Source of the DNA: Octopus sinensis
Taxonomy: Eukaryota
Assembly: GCF_006345805.1 (NCBI RefSeq)
Contig: NC_042999.1
Span: 97,154,001-97,218,000 of the forward strand
Length of the DNA stretch: 64,000 bases
Direction of reading: 5' to 3'
Positions 24,848 to 37,700 of this stretch are shown one piece after another. The position numbers and the translations under genes were made by a program. Position 1 is the first letter of the stretch, and each line of letters opens with the position of its first letter. Under the pieces are notes generated by a model, which ran no database searches, was not told the origin of the DNA, and was given only the letters and a program-made list of their open reading frames with translations.

Positions 24848-27010
24848 CATTTAGAGTCAATCGAGTAGACTGTAGAGTGTCTTTGCCATCACAAACATAG
24901 TATGATGATAAAATGAGAAAGGTTAATGAGCAGAGCTGATCAGTCAATATCAGTCTTTGAGTCAACAATCTTTGAGCAATGAGTTCTCCTATATAACTTT
25001 GTTCATAATCATATGACAATTTCAGTTTATAAGTACGCAGAGGTAATGTTTCGTTGCAACTGTTGCCGGCCTGAAATCTTTAATGCTTGTACAAGGTGTC
25101 TTTTTGGTTTTTGTGGTAGATATTTAAGTGTAATGCGTTTAATGTAGTGCTGGCTTGTTTCACATAGATCATCACATAAACTCGCCGATCATTCAATGTC
25201 AAGACAGATCACGACGTTTAGAGGCAGAACCCAGAGACCCTGGCATGGGAGTAATTACTAAAGTCACTTCCTGTTGCTTTTTCCTGGCCATAAATGAATT
25301 TTGAATACAGAACTACAACGTTACGAAACACTTAAATATCGAAACTGCTCCTCGTCCAGTATGTATTTACAAGTAAGTAACCTGAGACATCGAAGGTTAG
25401 CACCTTTGCCATACACGTAGGTTGATACCGTTAACGATTTTTTTTTCTAGTTGCCACACTAAGATGTTTTATTTTGCCAGGAAAGAAGTTAACGAAGCGT
25501 CAAACTTTTTGGCTGGCAAACTTGAAGTCTGATCATCTGGCTGACTGCAATATTCCATGCAGCTAATAATCAGAAGAAAATAACTTTCAATATACATCTC
25601 ATAAAATTGTTTGAGTTAGTTTCAAATTACTGCTTAGGTGGGAAGAAGGTGTATGACGAAGTTTTTTGCCGATAATTTACCAAAATAACTGAATCAACAG
25701 ATGAAATAACACAATATTCTCTTGACACAGCTTGATAGCAAAGAAGCGAGCGGAACCTCGGAAGTGGTAAATATCTAAGAGAGGTGCAAACCGCAGACTA
25801 CACTTCAGGCCAAAGATATCTTGATTAAATGAAGCTTATATCGTCGTTAGGAGGCCCATGTTAACACGCGGAATATTCGATCAGAATGCGTAGAGAGCAT
25901 ATTTGTTATCAATAATTCTCACTATTATAGACACAAGGCCCGAAATATTGTGTGAAGAGATCAGTCGATTACATCGAACTCAGTGAATTTGATCTCGGGG
26001 CATAAAGCCGGGTGGGATGCTAAAGGCTAGTAGTAGCTTAGTTGACGTTCAGTGGACTATTAGCACACATTAGCAGCAGTAGTAGTCAAAAGCCCGGAAA
26101 CAGGGGGTGCAGGTGGTGCGCTTGCACCCCCTAAAATTTTGGTGGGTGCAAAATCAAAATTTGCATCTCCTACATACTTTGCCCGGTTTAGAAGATAGTG
26201 TCTAAAAATTGATCTGTAAAAAGTTGCTTGAAGTTAGATTTCTTCTCAAAACAGAACGAAAGACAAAAATTACATTTTTAAAAAAGTCCAAAATGTTAAC
26301 TGATGAAGCTGGTCATAAAATTCCCAAAGGTATCCTAGAAAGACATACTACTGAACTAAAGCATTATCAACATCAAAATTAAAAGTATATATATATATAT
26401 ATATATGAAAGAAGGTTTGAAAATGCAATTTTAAAGATGTTTATTCACTTGACCGGTTTCACTTTTTTAGAAAAAGATTGTCAAAAGTAAAATGTAAGGC
26501 TTTGTATAAGCTTTGTTGTGTTAAGTACTGGTTGTCACAAAAGTATTGAAATACATATATACATTCTTTGATAATAATAAAAAGAAGAAAATGTAAAAAC
26601 AGTTTATAAGGAAATATCTAAGAAAATATTAAGCAAAAAGTATTAGGAATTCGATAAAAATCATGTTTGGTAGTATATATATATACATACACAGAAAAAG
26701 TATTAGGACTTCAATAAAAATCATGTTTGTTTGGTAGAAGGAGATATATCATTATGGTACGGAGCCGGGTCTTCAAACGGCGAAGTGCGCTGAACGTTCT
26801 CTCACTTGCAGCTTATTCTGTCTTTGCATCAATTGAGAAAACGTTCAGCACACTTCGCTGTTTGAAGAAGACCTGATTCTGTACCACATTCAAACAGCAC
26901 TGCCTAATATACTGTTCCATAATGCATGTGCATAAAAACCTGTGCAAGAAAAACGCTTCGCACATATTCATAGAAAGATTTTATTGCCAAAACGCTCGAG
27001 TGTAGAAAAT

Positions 27011-27485
27011 TCTTCAAAATGATTACACCATCAATGTTGAGTTCTATGCCAACTTGCTAAGGCAGTTACGAAAGTCAGTCAAAACCAAACGCCCAGAAAA
27101 ACTGATGAAAGGGGTTTTGTTTTATTAGGACAATGCTTCAGCACACAAGTCCTTGGTTTCAATGGCTGCTGTGTGTGATAGATTTTGAACTGATTGATCA
27201 CCCTCCTATTTTAGCGTTTTGGTTCCATCTGACTATCGTCTGTTTCCCAACATGAAAAAGACACTTGGCTAGGTACCACTATTGCTGTGATAATGACGTC
27301 TTATCTGCTGTTGATGGCTATTTTTGACCAACAGGATAGCTTCTTCATCAATACGATCCAAACACTGTAACACTCGTGGAAGTGTGTGAACAGTAAGAGA
27401 AACTATATTAAAAAATGAACTTCATTAGGTCACATTCCATAGCAGTGTCTTGCTCAGCCTATGAATATTTCAGCCGACCCTCATA
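27011..27485 (+). mobile_element. Mariner transposase 3' remnant with terminal repeat
   Basis: TINVEFYANLLRQLRKSVKTKRPEKLMKGVLFY*DNASAHKS...LIDHP..VPSDYRLFPNMKK (decayed HDNA and YSPDLAPSD motifs); ends cagcctatgaatatttcagccgaccctcaTA. Confidence 0.8.
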
Positions 27486-28340
27486 ATAATAACAATTATT
27501 ATTATATCTGCACTTATATTAATATTAACATTGAAAAGATCCACATTTTTCGTAAAAACTTTTGGACCTAGGTTTGCATCTCCGAAGTAAATTTCGTTCT
27601 CGGGCCATTGGTAGTAGTGCTTACGTGGTAGTAACCAGATTTGATAGTGCTAGGTTAAAATTGATATTGGATGATCAGTATGGGTGGTGCTGCGTGAATT
27701 AAATGCTCTGCCTTTGTATTTGGGACAGCTGAGCCTAGGGTGGCATATCTGGATTGTCAGCTGCCAGTAGATTGAAGCTCGTTAACAGGGTGTGTCTCTG
27801 GTTGAAACAATTCTATTTCTGAATGGAATATTATGAAAAAATTGTGTTCGCTTTCACCCCCTAGAGATAGCTCTTGAAAATCTGTGTTCTGTACATACAA
27901 ATTTATTCAAGACCGATTCATTTATCCAGTTTTATTGTCAAAGCTTTAAGATAAGAAGACTTTTGTTGCTATTCAATCACGTCACTATTTTATGCGACGA
28001 TTCTACAACGTTTCTCCATGACTCTGAATTATTGTAAAATAATTATACTGCAGCCTCCAAAGTAAATGTTTAAAAAATGTGAAAAGCAAACGTTTGAACG
28101 ATTGAATATAGAAGCTTAGGAAACCAAAGATGAAGAAATAACGACTGATGTGGTTAAGTGGCTCAATGTGATCTACCCTTATTGAGCAAGCCTTATTTTT
28201 AAAAGTTATATCAGTGTCATGAAATATTTAAAATCCAAACGTAAAGCAAGTGTTAAAAATATCAGTATCAACAATGAACTAAAATGAACTAAAATTACAG
28301 TAATTAGAAGGGGAAAATACTGAAAAACAGTACAAATTTG

Positions 28341-28495
28341 CCAGTAAAAGAAATTAGTGTTGATGCTGAGAGAATTTTCTCGGCTGCTGATTTATCTTAA
28401 TTTAAGATTTAATGCTTGTTTATTCATAACCCAACTAAGATCAAGTCTGTCTGATAAAACACTAGAGGCATTATGCTTTTTGGAAGATTATTTTT
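28341..28495 (+). pseudogene. hAT transposase C-terminal dimerisation-domain remnant
   Basis: PVKEISVDAERIFSAAD*...ITQLRSSLSDKTLEALCFLEDYF; interrupted by stops and an insertion. Confidence 0.6.
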
Positions 28496-29680
28496 CAAAC
28501 AGAGATTAAAATATCTTTATGATTGAATTAGGAAACAAATCTTAAAACGGTTAACCTCTTTACTATAAAGCTTCCATATCAAATGCAAATCAAAACAAAC
28601 ATTTCTTTTATCAGCTTGTTGCTTGTTTTTATTTTGTTTTCTTCTTTAAGGAATAATTTTTCATGCGCAATAAATGTTACGAAAGAAAATTATTTTTATT
28701 TATAATTTCTTTGCCAGAAAATACGTTCTTAACTTTACAACAAACCGATTAATCCTTTAATACCTAGTTGTGAAAATTTCCAACGACTATTCACAGGTTT
28801 AGTTGTATCGTTAGAGATCCGGTTGCTGCGATGTTTGTTCCAGTTGCTTGTACTCTGAGTTCTAATTCTGCCGTGGTTAATTTTGCCTTTCAGCCTTTCG
28901 AAGTCGAAAAAAAATGTAATAGCTCAATGTTGATGGCGTTTTCTCTTGCCCTAGCCATCAAATCCAGAATGTTATACTGGATCAAGGGTAGGAAAAACAA
29001 GAAAGTGCTTATGTCTAATCATTACTGCATGATCACCTAAAGTAATTAGCAACAGTTTAGTATATGCCACCAAGTAATACTCTCTTGTAAGTATATACTC
29101 TGCGATTTATTTTATGCCCACTTCAGACCTAGAATCTCATATGACATACGAAGTCTCCTGCCCCAATAGGCAATACTGAGATTTGCAAACCTTCGATCAA
29201 TATATACATATATAAATACATGTATGTATGTATACAATTGTATATATGTATATATATATTATAATCTTCTAATACTGAAACACGTATAGTTCCTTCATAT
29301 TTAATAACTTTAAGTATTAACTAAAATAGGAGATAATTAATGAACTATAATATATACCCTGCTGGTGATTTTGGTTTCCTTTAAGTATTATTTCGTGATG
29401 TGCAAACTGATACCATGAGTTTACTTTCAGATATGCTCATTAGGTTACTTTTTGAATTAGCTGAAATAGAATACCCGCATATCGATTAATCTCCAAAAAA
29501 TTGAATTAATACATATATATATATATATATGTGTTAGGCGTAGGAGTGGCTGGTGTGCTAAGTAACTTGCTTAACAACCACATGGTTCCGGGTATATATA
29601 TATATATATATATATATATAGCTATGGACTCCATGTGGGCAGCCATCTAAGAGTTTTTGTTTATCTTGATGCTGACATAA

Positions 29681-29781
29681 GTTCCTTGTTTTTCCTGATG
29701 AGAAGGCGGCATTATGCACCCCTTATTCCTTCGAAATTAGGAATATGCAGCCTTCGAAACATATGTCGAGAATAAAGGAAT
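29681..29781 (+). ncRNA. Type I hammerhead ribozyme with intact catalytic core
   Basis: CTGATGA 29695-29701; stem II GAAGGC/GCCTTC (29702-07/29750-55); GAAA 29756-59; palindromic stem III ACATATGT; GTC cleavage triplet 29765-67; stem I about 12 bp with a 2x2 internal loop. Confidence 0.8.
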
Positions 29782-29965
29782 TTTGTTAAATCGTCGTTCA
29801 ACTCCATTCTTTCATTTATTTTTTTAAAAAAACACACAAATTTCCACACGAAAGCACGTGATCTATGCCCCTGGCATGTAGCTTCAACCGTGTTTTTCTG
29901 ACGTGAATTTGCTACCCAGGTATCGGTTAACCGAATTATCCATACTAAGATAATTCATTCAACTA

Positions 29966-30007
<42 letters not shown>

Positions 30008-30010
<3 letters not shown>

Positions 30011-30513
30011 CAAAAACACAATAGAGGACAGTAAAACATTCAGACAGATAGACGATACAAAGGCGGACAGGGGAAACAACAATTAGAAGGACGGGTAAAA
30101 AGACAGGTCATTCGTGGCCTTCTTTCATCAGTTAAGTTTACCAGAAGTCCTTACTGTTTCGGGCAGTTACACTTGAGAAAGTTCGATCTGGTTACCCCCA
30201 AAAAAGTCTAAGCTAAGAGCATTAGAATTTTTTGTAAGAAAGCTAACGAATGTATCGGCAACAAAGACAAAAAACAGAGAACATGTTACGCAATTACAAA
30301 TACAAACAAGAAAATAACAACAGGTGTCTTTTGACTGAGAACGAATCAAATTGGCGTGTATGAAGTGAACATAGGAGATGGACACAAGAGGTGTTGGCAG
30401 TCGGCAGTCAAGCCAAGAAAGAAAGATCATGGCTGGCAGGACACCAGTCACGTGGATGGAGGAGAGAGGTGTAGGTGGCAGCGGGATTGAAGGAGATAAA
30501 CGAGGGGGAAGGT
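30008..30513 (-). mobile_element. Probable Penelope-like terminal fragment capping the 3' end of the CR1-like LINE
   Basis: Abrupt switch from RT peptide (...QLWSP) to unrelated sequence at ~30514. Contains a decayed hammerhead half (CTGATGAAAG-AAGGCCA/cgaa/TGACCT, no GAAA). Ends at (TA)n. Confidence 0.4.
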
Positions 30514-32780
30514 GGGGCGACCATAGCTGGGAGCAGTAGTCGAGACAGCTGAGGACAAATGTTCTCCAGAGGACCATCATGGTTTCTTTCTCTCTGGTTC
30601 TTAAGGTTCTCAGGATCCAGCCAGCCAGCTGTCTGCACTTTATCGCCATATTGGTAATGTGCACTTGGAAAGAGATGTCATCACTCATGTCGATACCCAG
30701 GTCCGCACTGATTTAGGTTTGGAGATTGTAATATCCTGTGGGCCAGTGTACTCTGTAAGTTTTAAGTTCAGTTTTGGGCGCTGGTAGCGCAGGGCTTGGA
30801 ATTTTCCAGCATTAAACTGCATATTATTGTCCTCAGCCCATCTGTAAATTGATTCCAACTCCTGCTGCAGGTGTGCAACATCGCTAGGAATTTGTATTTT
30901 CTGCGAGACTTCCGTATCGTCTGCGTAGCTAGCAAGAGTGACTATCTGGGCAGCTGAGGGTATATCTGAGAGGGCTACTATGAAAAGCAGTGGTCCCTGG
31001 GAACATCACTCACTATTTGTGTTGACTTTGATGTGGCTCCATTGACCACCACTGCCTGACTTCTATCTTTCAGAAAGTCATGTAACCACTCTCCAAGTTT
31101 TCCAGCTATGCCAAGATCACGCAGTTTGTGGCATATCACATGATCCACTTTATCAAAAGCATTTGAGTTGTTGAATAATTGCCTCAACACCCAGTCATAG
31201 TGCCGTAGGAACTGGGTCAGGCAGCTCCTACCTGGTCGAAAACCATACTGGGTATCACTCAGCAAGTCGTTTTCTTCAAAGAATGCGGTTAGTTTCCCTC
31301 TGACTATTCGTTCCATGACTTTGCTGATGTGAGAAGTCAGAGAGATAGACCTATATTTTTTGGTGTCTGCTCCACTTCCTCCTTTATGGATTGGGCATAT
31401 CATTCCCTCCTTCAGTTTGCTTGGCAACCTGCCCGTTGCAAGAAAACTCTGGAAGAGAATCTGTAGTGGTTTCGCCAGGGCACACTTATACGATTTGAAG
31501 AGGATTGCTGGGAAACCATCAGGGCCAGCAGTTGAGTTTGCGTCCACCTCATCTATGGCTAGTAGTATATCTTCTTCACCAATGTTGATGTAATCTATCG
31601 TAGCTGCCTCGCTGGTTATAGGTGAAGCGACAAAGAAATCCACTTGTTCGCTCACTTGTCGGTGTTCCAACGGGATGGTAAAGGCACTTTTGAACTGGTC
31701 ATTCAGTACCTCACTGATCCTGGTTGGGTTATCTGTGAGGGAGCCATCCTTTTGGGAGACGGGTCCTATCTTAGAGCGTACTGAAGCTGTTTCTTTGGCA
31801 TAATGAAAGAAGGACTTTGGGTTTGACTTAATGTTTTTTTATAAACCAGGCTTCTTTGTTTGCTCCATCCTTCACATAGGATTGTTGCAGGCTTTTTTCA
31901 ATCTCCATCAGTGTTGTTTTTAGGCAGGACCTTTCACTACTTTTGGGATGCTGGTTGAAGCGATATGCAACCTTCGTCTGTCGTCTCATGAGCATCTTCT
32001 TCTCCCTTGGAATCTTGTTCCTTTTTATGTTGGCCTTGTGCTCTGGGACATATTTCTGGCATATGGTTTGCATAACAGACATGAAATATTCGAGTTTCAT
32101 GTCAATGTCTGGTGTGAAGAGACATTTCGTCCAGTCCTATCTGAGGATCTCTTTTTGGATCGATTTTCAGTCTGCTTTATGGAAGTTCGGATTGGAGAGA
32201 TTTTGGGTGCTTCCTTTAGGCTGTATGCCTCTGGATACTTTTGGTCCATACATAGACTACTCTGTTATGATGTGATCTGAAACTAATGTCAGCGTCACTT
32301 TCACATTATGAACGATGTCCATATTCTTTGTGAAGCAGAGATCCAGAATGTTATTCGCCCTAGTTGGTCTGAGCACAACTTGCTCCATGAATAGTGCATT
32401 GATGAGGTTGAGCAGGAACTCCACCTGTATTTGTTTGCAATGAGTCATTCTTGAGAGCATGAGGTCTTCGAAGGATTTGGCATTGGGGAAGTTGAAATCA
32501 CCCATAAGAAACACGCTCACGTGATGTTCCAGTTTCATGAGGATTTCTTTTATTCTTGTGAGGCAATCTTCAAACTTGCCTGTGTGGTTTGGAGCATCCA
32601 GTGAGCAATATGTATTGCATATGACTATATTGTGTTGTCTTATGTATACAACTAGCGTCACATACTGAATTTGAGTGTGACAGTAGGACATGGAGTATGA
32701 GATCCTCACGGATGTATACAGCAACTCCAACGTGGCTCCTCTCCCTTCTGTCTTTTCGCAGTAATATATATGTATATATG
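30514..32780 (-). mobile_element. Degenerate CR1-like LINE ORF2 (APE endonuclease plus reverse transcriptase)
   Basis: APE: RKDR..SHVGVAVYIRED, MGDFNFP, PTRANNILDLCFT, SDH. RT: AGPDGFP, PIHKGG, YRSISLTSHISKVMERI, QYGFRPGRSC, AFDKVDH, LASYADDT (~30912-30935), LDYCSQLWSP. Several frameshifts and stops. Confidence 0.9.
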
Positions 32781-33337
32781 CATGTGAAACAGCCAAAGAA
32801 AGAAGCAAGTCTGACTGCCAATACAACAAAAAGGATAAAAAGCGACAGCACACACGAATGTGTAAATTCCACTTGAAAGGTGTCTGGTGGCATAGAGAGG
32901 GGGGTGCATACTGCCATTTTGTAGACCAAAGACCCTGCCACACCAACACAAAACAGGGTGGAAACCAATTGCCAAAAGGAAAGGACCACGTACCACCTGC
33001 CTCAAAACAGAAATACGATGTATTATGCACTACAAACCAGTCCTATCAACATGTTATAGAAAGGGAAGCTGCTAGACAACAATTTTTTTTTTGTATGGCA
33101 CAGAAGATTGTACAGCAACTGACCTGGCTACATCAATCTCACAGATGGGACTATCCCCAATACACAAGACCACCACAGCAAATGGACCCAAGGTGGACAC
33201 CACTAGCAACAACACAGACATCACATCGGTGCTCTTACTGAACATTAGAGGGCTGTTAACACTTAGTAACAGGACAAAAATTGCTTTCCTGAGGGACCTT
33301 GTTGCATGCAATCAAGCCTTATGCACAGCAGTAACAA
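32781..33337 (+). mobile_element. Inverted 5' segment of the same LINE (ORF1 end plus APE N-terminus)
   Basis: Plus-strand Cys/His-rich RMCKFHLKG..., then TSVLLLNIRGLLTLSNRTKIAFLRDL...ALCTAVT, the APE N-terminal motif missing from the minus segment. Confidence 0.75.
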
Positions 33338-33439
33338 AAAAGTATATATATTTACGTATGTGTGTGCATGCGTGCATTTGTGTGCATGTGTGTGCATGCA
33401 TGCATGCATTTGTGTGTATGTGTGTGTGTGTGTACAAGA

Positions 33440-33600
33440 GGAAGAACCACAACACCATATCATTAAATCCTGACCACACCTTCACCTGCAGCCACTGTAG
33501 CATGCCTGCCTGTCCCACATTGGCCTTGTCAGCCATAAGCATGCCTGCAGTCATCATGGACCAGCCCTTTCGTAATAATCTTCATTCACAAAACCAACCC
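33440..33600 (+). mobile_element. RTE/BovB-like LINE 3' fragment
   Basis: FTCSHCS..(frameshift)CLSHIGLVSHKHACS resembles the C-terminal C2H2-like motif of RTE ORFs. Confidence 0.5.
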
Positions 33601-34648
33601 AGGAAAATACTAAAGATCAAATAGGTTAATAAAAGTATGAGTAGAGTCAATATTTAAATTAATTGGTGAATTATGCCATGTGTTATATGGCATGTGTTCA
33701 GGAAGAGAAAAGACTATATTAATGTGGATATATGAACTAAATGATGGATTGTATCACATAATTAGAATAATGAATGGGCAGTAATAGAATTGGCATACAC
33801 TAACTAGATTAAAGAAAGAACAGTCAATATTAGTGCTAACATTTAAATCAAATAGCAATCTATATTAAATACAGAAAATATAAAAACTGACATGTAAACT
33901 AAATAGTAGATGATACTATAAATTAGCTTAAGTGAAGCATAGACAATATTAGGGGAGTGTAGAAAATATTAGGGAGCATAGGCAACATAAACAAAAGTGT
34001 ATACTTTACTATATAATAATTAAGGTAAAAAAAGTACAGGCAATATTAGAGTTAACATTTTAATCAAATTGTGACTCATATCAAATACTAATTAAACTGA
34101 TAAAAGAATGTGCTGTATTAGGTATGAAATGTAAATTAGATTAGACCATTTACTAATTACATTCAGGGAAGGAAGAGCAATGTTAAATATGTCATTTAAA
34201 GTAAGTGATCAGGAAACAAGCTTTCTAACCACACACCCACACCTGCACCTAACACAGCCAGAGAATGCAAGAAACAAGGTAAGAAGTAGGTAAGAGGTGA
34301 GTGCTGAAATATAACTAAGAAAAACAACAAAAGTGAGAGAAAATAAAAATTCTTTGATGTATTTATTGCTTCACTGATTTGTTCATTCGTTTGAAAGATT
34401 TTTGTTTTGTTTTTTTCAATCAGAAAAGGATTTTTTTGGTAATAAATTATGAGACAAAAAATTTGTCAATATCGTGTTGTCTGTGAATTGATGACAGACA
34501 AAAGTTTGTGGAATGGTTCCAAAACGTCCTTGGACGTCATTTTTGGTCAAATGCAGATGGAACGGTCCCCAATATTATGGGCACTCCATCCACCAACAAT
34601 TCAGCAGTATTTTTTTTTCAACAGTAAAATCTATGATCTATGGCTCTG

Positions 34649-34746
34649 TCAGTGGTGTTCATCTTGGCGACGAGAACTTCGCCTTTTCTTTTTAGGGTGC
34701 CGTCGTTCTAGGAATCTCTTTTGGTGAGCCAAAATTGGGAACAGTT
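34649..34746 (-). CDS. DROSHA: Drosha last coding exon ([32 protein letters not shown])
   Basis: 98 nt, phase 1 start, ttcattctAG acceptor, TGA at 34649-34651. Confidence 0.93.
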
Positions 34747-37700
34747 CTAGAATGAAAGAAAGAATATAGAAAGAACACGACAAAAACATATAATACAAAT
34801 TGTAAGAAATTTGGGGGCAATCCCAAAAAAAGTAGAAGTATTTAGACATTTTTAGCCTGAAATAAATGAACCAGTTTTTATTGTCTACAATATTTCCTTC
34901 CAAATTGAGACACAGGAAAGGGAGAGATCAACTTATCTGATTTGTTGTCGTAGGAGAATCATAATTTTCAGTGGTATAATCCACATAATAGGTGCTTTTG
35001 TTGCTGTTTTGTCCCAAGTCACTTACACCTAGATAATCACCATTAATTCCATCGCATGTGTCAGTTATGTCATATCTTCAATACTCCATACATCCTCTCC
35101 AGCACATCTCTGGGCTAAAGGCTGTAGCGTATTGGCAACTGAGTGTCTGCCAATCAGTGATTTTCAATGTGAACATGTGTATAATAACCCCAGCACTCAG
35201 CTGAGGGTCATATCATCAACACCTCATACATCTCACTTCTGTATTATAGACACCAATATCTTATGTACTCTATTTCTATTCACTCTATGAGTTGGTTTAT
35301 CACAAAGTCTAAGAGATTTATGGAGAACCGATTTTAATTCTATACTAACACAGTTACACAAATTGTCACAATATATCCACGGTTTAAAGGTCAAAATTTC
35401 TCAAATAATAAATATCATAATACATATTTTATAGCAGACTTACTTGCTTAACAATGAAAAAGCTTATTAAAAAAAAATCTGATTCCTGAGTTATTCCCCT
35501 TTATTACAGTTTATGCAACTTACTTTGACTAGAAAATTATTTGGACCAGAGTAGATTGTTAAGAAAATAAACCATCAAAATTCACAGTATTCAATTACAA
35601 TGTTTTCTCTTCTGAGTTCAAATTATAAATTTACCTTCATGCTTCATTCTTCTTTGGCCAATATAATGGGATGAATTCAACTGTCTATATCCCCTAAAAA
35701 TGTTAGTTCTGCATCAGACTATTGACTAAAGAGGCCTAACCCTAATTTACTCTATTGTTATGTCTGTAAACAAGACATTTCAATAGTTTGTTTAGTTGTA
35801 AATAAATAGCATTGGTTGATACTGTTGTTGTTTTCCTTTGACTCCAAGTTAACTCTGGTCAATAAAACTTATGATCAAATATTTTCCTTTTGTCTCCATC
35901 TCATTTTTTATTTTCAGATACTGTATATAGGACTGCATTATACAATGTCCTTTTCTTTTTTTTTTTAACTAAAATAGATGTATACGATTTGACAGAAATT
36001 TGACTGCTATTTCTATCAGGCCAAGCTAAAAATAGAAGCTCCTTCAATGGCTTGACTGACAATTGTTTTCTTAGCTCAAAGTGTTCACTTAAAATGCTGC
36101 TAAGTGTAAAACATTAAAGAGAAATAGATTCTAGCAAGCAGACTAGCCCTAAGTATACCAAATGGAATTGAAATCTTCAAATTCTACTGTAACAACCCAA
36201 TAATAGGAACCAATCATTTCATATACACAACAGCCCACAACACCAAGACCTTAACCAAATTCTCATGGAAAGAACAACTTAAATTAAATACTTTATGCTG
36301 AAAATACCCCACACCACCCTGAGCTTAGCCAAGCTTACTATTCAATATCTCTCATGGCAAAACACAGCTAATAAAAATCAACCAGCAGTTATGTCATATA
36401 GAAAAAAAACTCCAGTCCACATGGGGATCTCACAGTGAACAGACTATTCTTATAGCCATACCTGATCTCTGGTTGAGTGCATTTGTAGCAGCAGCCATTT
36501 CAGCTTGTTGGATACTGTGACCAATTCCTGTAGCCAGACGTTCTCCACGGAAATACACAGCTACAGTATATTTTCTTGTGTTTGTTGGACCAGATGACTC
36601 TATAACCCTGGAAACATTAATAGAAATATTATATCAAATGTTGTTAGCATCATCATCATCATCATTTAATGCCCTTCTTTCATACTGGCATGGGTTGGAT
36701 GGTTGGACAGGAGCTGGCCAGACAGGAGCCTGCACCATGGTTCTGGCATGATTTTTATGGCTGGATGCCCTTCCTAATACCAACCACACTGTAGAGTGGG
36801 CTGAGAGCTTTTAACAAGGCACTCACACAACTGAAGCCAGTTTTGACATGGTTTACACAACTAGATGCCCTTCCAAATACCAACCACTTTACAGTGTGGT
36901 TGGGTGCTTTTTAAGTGGCACCTGCATTGGTGGCGTCACCAAGTGACTCTACAAGACAAGGAGTCTTTGTGAGGGGAGGAAGCATTGGAGGAGATGATCA
37001 TATGTCAGATGATGAAAGGTTAGAGTGTGACAGAGAGACAGAAACATATCTCGCAATAGAGGAGGTACGAGGTTACCTAGCCAGAGAGGGAGAGACAGAA
37101 GTAAAGAGACAGATGAAAAGAGACAGAGGAAGAGAGGGAGAGGAAGAAAGCAAGAAAGAGAGCGATAGAAAGAGAGCGAGAGTTAACAAGAATGAGAGCA
37201 GAAACAGGTGTGCTGCTAAAGAGGCGGAACATAGTTACCTAAAAAGAGAGGGGGGTTACCAAGAAAGAGGTGTGTTGCTGTAAAGGAGATACATGGTTAC
37301 CTAGCCAAATTTGAATTCAGAACATAAAGACAGATGAAATGCCACTAAGCATTTTGCCTGGCATGCTAATGATTCTGTCAGCTTGTTGCCTTGTTAGTGT
37401 TTTAATAACAGTGTAAATGTTTGCATGTATGTGTATATATATATGTGCAGAACAAAATGTTTTTTCTTGTGTGTAATATAAAGCAATATGAAAAATGGTA
37501 AAAGAACAGAAGTTCATCATCATCATCATCGTTTAACGTCCGCTTTCCATGCTAGCATGGGTTGGACGGTTTAACTGGGATCTGGGAAGCCAGAAGGCTG
37601 CACCAGGCCCATTCTGATCTGGCAGTGTTTCTACGGCTGGATGCCCTTCCTAACGTCAACCACTCCGTGAGTGTAGTGGGTGCTTTTTACATGCCACCGG

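Noticed and set aside
26075-26340. Possible hAT MITE starting near the AGGGGGTGCA/TGCACCCCCT hairpin (26102-26132)
   Set aside because: I could not find a matching inverted terminus or a TSD.
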